NCBI GenBank assembly: GCA_039931685.1
Contig: JBDTRK010000002.1
Coordinates: forward strand, 11,253-75,252
Source: Betaproteobacteria bacterium
GTDB lineage: Bacteria; Pseudomonadota; Gammaproteobacteria; Burkholderiales; JACQAP01
Direction of reading: 5' to 3'
DNA: 64,000 nt
Shown: piece by piece, positions 58,729-64,000 of the stretch
How positions within the stretch are numbered: position 1 is the stretch's first letter
How the letters are laid out: each line of letters begins with the position of its first letter
Notes under the pieces: generated by a model
The model's input: the letters and a program-made list of their open reading frames with translations, nothing else
Databases searched by the model: none
Told to the model about the DNA's origin: nothing
Made by a program: the position numbers and the translations under genes

Positions 58729-59769
58729 ATGATCGAGACCGACCGCCTGATAACGACCGCTCCGCAGTCGACGCAGGAAGAGGCGATCGAGAGGGCTCTG
58801 CGCCCCAAGCAGCTCGACGAATACATCGGCCAGGAAAAGATTCGCGGCCAGCTGCAGATTTTCATCGAGGCCGCCAGGAAACGCGGCGAAGCCCTCGATC
58901 ACGTGCTGTTGTTCGGGCCGCCCGGGCTGGGCAAGACCACGCTGGCGCACATCATCGCCAGGGAAATGGGCGTCAATCTGCGGCAGACTTCGGGTCCGGT
59001 TCTGGAAAGGCCGGGCGATCTGGCGGCGTTGCTGACCAATCTTGAACCCAACGACGTCCTGTTCATCGACGAGATTCACCGACTCTCCGCGGTGGTCGAA
59101 GAAATACTTTATCCCGCGCTGGAGGATTTCCAGCTCGACATCATGATCGGCGAAGGTCCTGCGGCGCGCTCGGTCAAGCTCGACCTGCCGCCGTTTACGC
59201 TGATCGGCGCCACGACCCGCGCGGGCATGCTGACCAACCCCCTGCGCGATCGCTTTGGCATCGTCTCGCGTCTTGAATTCTATTCGCCGGCCGAACTTAC
59301 GCGCATCGTGCAGCGCTCCGCAGGCCTGCTGAACGTGGAAACCTCGCCCGAGGGTGCGCTGGAGATCGCATCGCGTTCTCGCGGCACGCCGCGTATTTCC
59401 AACCGCCTGCTGCGCCGCGTGCGCGATTATGCGCAGGTCAAGGCCCGGGGCGAGATCGACCGGGAAATCGCGGATGCAGCGCTGAAGATGCTGGATGTGG
59501 ACCACATCGGACTCGACGTCATGGATCGCAAACTGCTGCTGGCGGTCGTCGAGAAGTTCGGCGGCGGCCCGGTTGGCATCGATAACCTGGCTGCGGCGAT
59601 CGGCGAAGAACGCGATACCATCGAGGATGTGCTTGAACCTTTCCTGATCCAGCAGGGCTATCTGCAACGTACGCCGCGCGGGCGCATGGCGACTGCCTCG
59701 ACTTACCGGCATTTCGGGCTGGCCTTGCCCGCAACTTCCGGCAGCGGCGAACTGTGGCGGGAGAACTGA
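58729..59769 (+). CDS. ruvB: Holliday junction branch migration DNA helicase RuvB
   Basis: Walker [10 protein letters not shown], Walker B LFIDEIHR and sensor TRAGMLT. Confidence 0.97.
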   Translation: MIETDRLITTAPQSTQEEAIERALRPKQLDEYIGQEKIRGQLQIFIEAARKRGEALDHVLLFGPPGLGKTTLAHIIAREMGVNLRQTSGPVLERPGDLAALLTNLEPNDVLFIDEIHRLSAVVEEILYPALEDFQLDIMIGEGPAARSVKLDLPPFTLIGATTRAGMLTNPLRDRFGIVSRLEFYSPAELTRIVQRSAGLLNVETSPEGALEIASRSRGTPRISNRLLRRVRDYAQVKARGEIDREIADAALKMLDVDHIGLDVMDRKLLLAVVEKFGGGPVGIDNLAAAIGEERDTIEDVLEPFLIQQGYLQRTPRGRMATASTYRHFGLALPATSGSGELWREN

Positions 59770-59788
59770 GATAAAGTTCGAGATACCA

Positions 59789-60247
59789 GTGCGCGTGTAC
59801 TATCAGGACACCGACGCCGGCGGGGTGGTGTTCCATGCGACCTATATGGATTTTTTCGAGCGCGCGCGCATGGAGTGGATGCGTGCGCAGGGATTCGACG
59901 GGACGCATCTCGCCAGCCGGTTCCGGCTAGTATTCATTGTCCGGCAGCTGGAAGTCGCCTACATGAAACCGGCACTACTCGACGATCTTGTGATGGTCAG
60001 CGCGGCGGTGGAAAAAATGGGCCGTGCGCAACTGACATTCGCGCAGGAAGTCATGCGCAATGGCGAAATCCTGGTTCGCGCCACCATCAATGTCGCTTGC
60101 GTTGGTGTCGACGACCTCAAGCCGATGCCGTTTCCGGAGGAAATCCGCGCGGTATTGGAGCGGGGCGCGCCTCCTGCGGAAAAAAATCCGGACCGGCCAA
60201 CCCCGCCGGCTCCTCAATCGCGTTTAAACGACGGCAGACAACCATGA
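59789..60247 (+). CDS. ybgC: Tol-Pal-associated acyl-CoA thioesterase YbgC
   Basis: Hotdog motif VYYQDTDAGGVVFH. Directly upstream of tolQ with an ATGA overlap. GTG start, possibly slightly truncated. Confidence 0.88.
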   Translation: MRVYYQDTDAGGVVFHATYMDFFERARMEWMRAQGFDGTHLASRFRLVFIVRQLEVAYMKPALLDDLVMVSAAVEKMGRAQLTFAQEVMRNGEILVRATINVACVGVDDLKPMPFPEEIRAVLERGAPPAEKNPDRPTPPAPQSRLNDGRQP

Positions 60248-60966
60248 ACGTATCCCAAGACCTGTCCCTGATCAGCCTGATCGGCAATGCCAGCGTGCTG
60301 GTGCAACTGGTGCTGGCGTTGCTGCTGGTGGTATCGATGATTTCGTGGTGGTTCATTTTCCGCAAGATGTTCGTCGTGCGCGACGCGATGCGTCGCACCG
60401 ATCAGTTCGAGCGCAGCTTCTGGAGTGGCGCCGACCTCGGATCGCTGTACCAGGCAGCCGCCAGCGCGCGGCACAACGCCGGCAGCATGGAGCGCATCTT
60501 CGAGTCCGGATTCCGTGAATTCGTGAAGCTGCGCAAGCAAAGCGGAGCCAACCTCGGCATGATCATGGACGGTACGCGGCGCGCCATGCGCGCCACTTAC
60601 CAGCGCGAACTTGACCGTCTGGAGGCGCACCTGTCGTTCCTGGCGACCGTCGGTTCGGTCAGTCCCTATATCGGCCTGTTTGGCACCGTGTGGGGCATCA
60701 TGAATGCATTCCGCGGGCTGGCGAACGTGGGACAGGCCACCCTGGCACACGTCGCGCCGGGCATCGCCGAGGCGCTGGTCGCCACCGCAATGGGCCTGTT
60801 CGCGGCCATTCCGGCGGTCATCGCCTTCAACCATTTCGTGCGCCATATCGAGCGCCTGTCGACGCGCTTCGACAGCTTCATGGAAGAATTCTCCAATATC
60901 CTGCAGCGCCAGGCGAATGCGCCGCCGCAGGCGGCAGCCGCCCAAGCCGCAGTGAACGCGGGCTGA
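60244..60966 (+). CDS. tolQ: Tol-Pal system protein TolQ
   Basis: Three TM helices and MotA/TolQ/ExbB motifs (GLFGTVWGIM, APGIAEALVATAMGL). Confidence 0.95.
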   Translation: MNVSQDLSLISLIGNASVLVQLVLALLLVVSMISWWFIFRKMFVVRDAMRRTDQFERSFWSGADLGSLYQAAASARHNAGSMERIFESGFREFVKLRKQSGANLGMIMDGTRRAMRATYQRELDRLEAHLSFLATVGSVSPYIGLFGTVWGIMNAFRGLANVGQATLAHVAPGIAEALVATAMGLFAAIPAVIAFNHFVRHIERLSTRFDSFMEEFSNILQRQANAPPQAAAAQAAVNAG

Positions 60967-60973
60967 GGCGAAC

Positions 60974-61393
60974 ATGGCAATGACCCGCCGGCGTCGCCTG
61001 ATGAACCAGATCAATGTCGTGCCTTACATCGACGTCATGCTGGTGCTGCTGGTGATTTTCATGGTCACGGCGCCATTGATGAATCCCGGCGTGATCGACC
61101 TTCCCAGCATCGGTAAAAGTTCGGCGCCGCCGGCACTGCCGATGGAGATCTCAATTCGCGCCGGCGGTGCATTGTCGCTGACTGATCGCGACATCTCCGG
61201 CGCCGAGCGCCCGGTCAGCCGCGATGAACTGATCAAGCTGGTGCGCAGCAAGCAGGCCCGCAAGCCTGACCAGCCGGTAGTTATTTCGGCGGACAAGAAT
61301 GTGAAGTACGAAGCGGTGATCGATATCATGGACCTGCTGCAGCAAAACCGGGTCAAGCGTGTCGGGCTGCTGGCGAAGCCGCGTTCGGGATGA
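60974..61393 (+). CDS. tolR: Tol-Pal system protein TolR
   Basis: INVVPYIDVMLVLLVIFMV with the conserved Asp. ExbD/TolR size. Confidence 0.93.
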   Translation: MAMTRRRRLMNQINVVPYIDVMLVLLVIFMVTAPLMNPGVIDLPSIGKSSAPPALPMEISIRAGGALSLTDRDISGAERPVSRDELIKLVRSKQARKPDQPVVISADKNVKYEAVIDIMDLLQQNRVKRVGLLAKPRSG

Positions 61394-62379
61394 GCCTGGC
61401 AACGGCTGATGAACCCGGTCGCGCCCTCTCCGGCGCCCTGGCGGTGCTGGTGCACCTGATGTTTTTCGGCCTGCTGGTTTTCGGGATCAGCTGGCAAAAG
61501 AAAATCTCGGCCCCCATCGTCGTCGACCTTTGGCAGGACTTGCCCGAACCGGTGAACAAGGTCGCGCCTGCGCCGCAGATTTTACCGAAGCCGGCACCCA
61601 GGCCGGCGCCGCCGCCGCCTCCGCCGAAGCCGTTGCCCGAGGTGAAGAAGGAAGCGCCGGCTCCGCTACCACCTCCGGTGCCGAAGCTTGAGGCGCCCAA
61701 GCCGTCGGCAGCGGATATCGAGCTCAAGGAGAAACTGCGCAAGCAGAAGGAAGAAGAAGCCGAGCGGCGCGAAGAGCTAAAGAAGGCGGAGCTGGAAAAG
61801 CGCAGACTGGAAGAAGAGCAACGCAAGGCGGTCGAAGAGCAGCGCCGCGAGGAAACCGAACGCAAACGCGCCGAGCAGGAGAAGCTGCGCCGCGAGGACG
61901 ACGCCCGGCGCGCCGACGAGCAGAAACGCGCCGACGAGCAAAAACGCGTCGAGGAAGCGAAGCGGGAGGAGGAGCGCAAGCAGCACGTTATCGCGATGGA
62001 GCGCGAGCGCCTGCAGCAGGAGGCCGTGCGAAAACAGCGCGAAGCCGAGGAGACCAAACGCCGTGCGGAAGCGGCGGCGCGGGCCGCGCAGCAGAAAATT
62101 ATCGACGACTGGAAGGTGCGCATCCAGGCGAGAATCAGGAACAGGGTCGTTGTGCCACCCAATATCGAGGGCAATCCTGAGGCGCGCTTCGAAGTCGTGT
62201 TGCTGCCCGGGGGGGACGTTTTGAGCGCCAACCTGAAGAAGTCGAGCGGCAGCGCAGCTTACGACGCAGCCGTAGAACGCGCCATCATGGCGGCCCAGCC
62301 GCTGCCGGTGCCGAGCGATACTGACCTGTTCCAGGAAAATTTCCGGGAACTCAATCTGGTTTTTCGACCCAAAGACTGA
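61390..62379 (+). CDS. tolA: Tol-Pal system protein TolA
   Basis: N-terminal TM helix, Pro-rich then Lys/Glu/Arg/Ala-rich helical domain II, TonB_C/TolA-III-like C-terminus. Confidence 0.88.
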   Translation: MSLATADEPGRALSGALAVLVHLMFFGLLVFGISWQKKISAPIVVDLWQDLPEPVNKVAPAPQILPKPAPRPAPPPPPPKPLPEVKKEAPAPLPPPVPKLEAPKPSAADIELKEKLRKQKEEEAERREELKKAELEKRRLEEEQRKAVEEQRREETERKRAEQEKLRREDDARRADEQKRADEQKRVEEAKREEERKQHVIAMERERLQQEAVRKQREAEETKRRAEAAARAAQQKIIDDWKVRIQARIRNRVVVPPNIEGNPEARFEVVLLPGGDVLSANLKKSSGSAAYDAAVERAIMAAQPLPVPSDTDLFQENFRELNLVFRPKD

Positions 62380-62382
62380 GCG

Positions 62383-63741
62383 ATGCCAAATTCAAACCTG
62401 CCCAACTATCCATCCTTCATGTTGCGTCTGATTCAGCGACACCGGCTTTTCGGCTGGTTCCTGGCCGTTGCGCTGGCCTGTATGGCGGCGTCCGGCCCGG
62501 TCGCAGCCGGCCCGATCGCCATCGAAATCATCGGCGGCGGCGCCAATCAGATTCCGATCACGGTCGTGCCGTTTGCAGGCGAGGAGCGCTTCACGCAACG
62601 CATGGCCCAGATCATTTCTGCCGATCTGCAACGCAGCGGCCTGTTCAGGCTCGGCTCGGTCGGCAGCGTGCGCCCGCTCCCGGTGGAACCTGCCGACATC
62701 AACTATCGCTACTGGAAGAACGAAGGCACCGAGACGATGGTGATCGGTGCGGTGACCGAGAAGACCGACGGGCACGTCGAAGTCCAATTCCGGCTGATGG
62801 ACATTACCAAGCCGTCGCAGCTTCTCGGCTTTTCCTACACGGTCTCCGTGCCGCAGTTGCGCAACACCGCGCACAAGATTGCCGACCAGATCTACGAAAA
62901 ACTCACTGGCGACGTCGGCGTGTTCGCCACCAAGATCTGTTACGTGACGAAGGCGGATAACCGTTTCGAACTGCAAGTGGCCGACGCCGACGGGTTCAAT
63001 TCCGATTTCATCCTTGCGCACAGGGAACCGATCATATCGCCGCAGTGGTCGCCAGATGGCACGCACATCGCCTATGTTTCTTTCGAGCGGCGCAAGCCGA
63101 TCGTGTTCGTGCATAATCTGCTCGACGGCACCCGAACGGTCCTGGCTAACTACGAAGGGTCAAATTCCGCGCCGACATGGATGCCCGACGGCAAGAAACT
63201 GGCGCTTGTCCTTACCAAGGACGGCACCTCCAACATCTACCTGATCGGCGCCGACGGCAAGGGACTGGTCCGACTGACCAACACTCAGGCGATCGATACG
63301 GAGCCGAGTTTTTCGCCGGACGGAAAATTCATACTGTTCACATCCGACCGCGCAGGCACCCCGCAGATTTACCGCATGCGCGCCGACGGACAGGGTGAGG
63401 CTGAGCGCATGACTTTCGATGGCACCTACAACGTTACGCCGCGTTACAGCCCGGACGGAAAATCCTTTATCTTCATCCATCGCGAGGAAGGCCGCTTCAA
63501 CGTCGCCTTGCAGGAAATCGCCACCCGCCAGATGCAAATCCTGACCGCGGGCAGCCTCGACCAATCACCGACTTACGCGCCGAACGGCAAGATGATCCTC
63601 TACGCTTCCGAGGTAAAGGGGCGTGGTATATTAGCTGCGGTGTCGAGCGATGGGCGGATCAAACAACGAATTACCGCGCAGTCTGGCGACATACGCGAGC
63701 CTGCGTGGGGACCGCTTCCGAACAATCGCCGAAAGGAGTAG
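62383..63741 (+). CDS. tolB: Tol-Pal system beta-propeller protein TolB
   Basis: Signal peptide and repeated P.WSPDG/P.FSPDG propeller motifs. Confidence 0.95.
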   Translation: MPNSNLPNYPSFMLRLIQRHRLFGWFLAVALACMAASGPVAAGPIAIEIIGGGANQIPITVVPFAGEERFTQRMAQIISADLQRSGLFRLGSVGSVRPLPVEPADINYRYWKNEGTETMVIGAVTEKTDGHVEVQFRLMDITKPSQLLGFSYTVSVPQLRNTAHKIADQIYEKLTGDVGVFATKICYVTKADNRFELQVADADGFNSDFILAHREPIISPQWSPDGTHIAYVSFERRKPIVFVHNLLDGTRTVLANYEGSNSAPTWMPDGKKLALVLTKDGTSNIYLIGADGKGLVRLTNTQAIDTEPSFSPDGKFILFTSDRAGTPQIYRMRADGQGEAERMTFDGTYNVTPRYSPDGKSFIFIHREEGRFNVALQEIATRQMQILTAGSLDQSPTYAPNGKMILYASEVKGRGILAAVSSDGRIKQRITAQSGDIREPAWGPLPNNRRKE

Positions 63742-63743
63742 TG

Positions 63744-64000
63744 ATGAGACATAGTTTGTATGCCCTGTCCGTGACTTTCTTGCTTGCCGCCTGCGCAAGC
63801 CAGGGACAAAAAAGTGCCGACATAGAACAGCGTGATCTTTTCGATCAGCAGCAGGCGCAGCGCCAGCAGGCGGCGAAGGCGCAGGATGCCGAGAAACAGG
63901 CCAAGATCGCCAGGGAGCAGGAAGAACTCAAGCGCCAGCTCGAAGAGCAGCAGCGCCGTCAGCAGGCCCAGGGAGACCAGGCGATCGTCAAGCCTTTGCC
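63744..64000 (+). CDS. pal: Probable peptidoglycan-associated lipoprotein Pal (5' part, runs off the window end)
   Basis: RBS AAAGGAG, ATG at 63744, lipobox FLLAAC, position after tolB. Only a Gln/Glu/Lys-rich linker is visible. The OmpA-like domain is not in the window. Confidence 0.6.
   Translation, partial: MRHSLYALSVTFLLAACASQGQKSADIEQRDLFDQQQAQRQQAAKAQDAEKQAKIAREQEELKRQLEEQQRRQQAQGDQAIVKPL

Noticed and set aside
61540-62110. Low-complexity or repetitive DNA in tolA, the rplY tail (51120-51297) and the mshN Pro-rich linker, considered as repeat elements.
   Set aside because: These encode the expected charged or Pro/Ala-rich linker domains of those proteins and are not independent repeat features.

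Overview
Chromosomal window from a roughly 60% GC (by eye) proteobacterium. The gene order (ispE-tRNA-Gln-prs-rplY-pth-ychF, the aa3 oxidase cluster layout, ybgC-tolQRAB-pal) looks betaproteobacterial, which is an inference. No database search was possible, so all calls rest on motifs read from the translations and on synteny.

Content by region:
- 0.1-15.9 kb: an MSHA-type type IV pilus locus. It holds six prepilin-like genes (mshB, A, C, D, O, P), a giant MshQ, then a split mshI, mshJ, K, L (secretin), M and N.
- 15.9-20.5 kb: comF and bioB-F-C-D.
- 20.6-30.0 kb: aa3-type cytochrome c oxidase structural genes plus assembly genes (Cox11, SURF1, CtaA, CtaB, Sco and small membrane proteins).
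- 30.1-37.8 kb: rpoH, ftsX-E-Y, two M16 peptidases, rsmD, coaD and a YfhL ferredoxin.
- 37.8-40.8 kb: an xoxF-G-J-like trio (PQQ dehydrogenase, c-type cytochrome, MoxJ-like binding protein).
- 41.1-45.8 kb: mutM and an ABC-2/GldG/DUF4340 operon.
- 46.1-53.1 kb: TPR lipoprotein, lolB, ispE, tRNA-Gln, prs, rplY, pth and ychF.
- 53.2-64.0 kb: DMT transporter, HerA-like ATPase, yebC, ruvC, ruvA, an unknown secreted protein, ruvB, and ybgC-tolQRAB-pal.

I saw no transposase, integrase, CRISPR array or recognisable defence gene. Most of the window is ordinary core genome.

The most unusual feature lies between mshP and mshQ. An AT-richer spacer carries a possible 48-aa ORF, followed by a stand-alone 'mini-MshQ' consisting of a signal peptide, a short unique N-terminus and a copy of the MshQ C-terminal module. 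The mini-MshQ shares a 138-bp near-identical block with mshQ inside otherwise diverged sequence, which looks like a gene-conversion footprint.

Secondary items:
- An XoxF-like PQQ dehydrogenase has the lanthanide-type D-x-D signature but apparently lacks the vicinal Cys-Cys and the Asn metal ligand.
- An ordered heptamer array fills the pth-ychF spacer.
- A secreted-protein gene is inserted between ruvA and ruvB.
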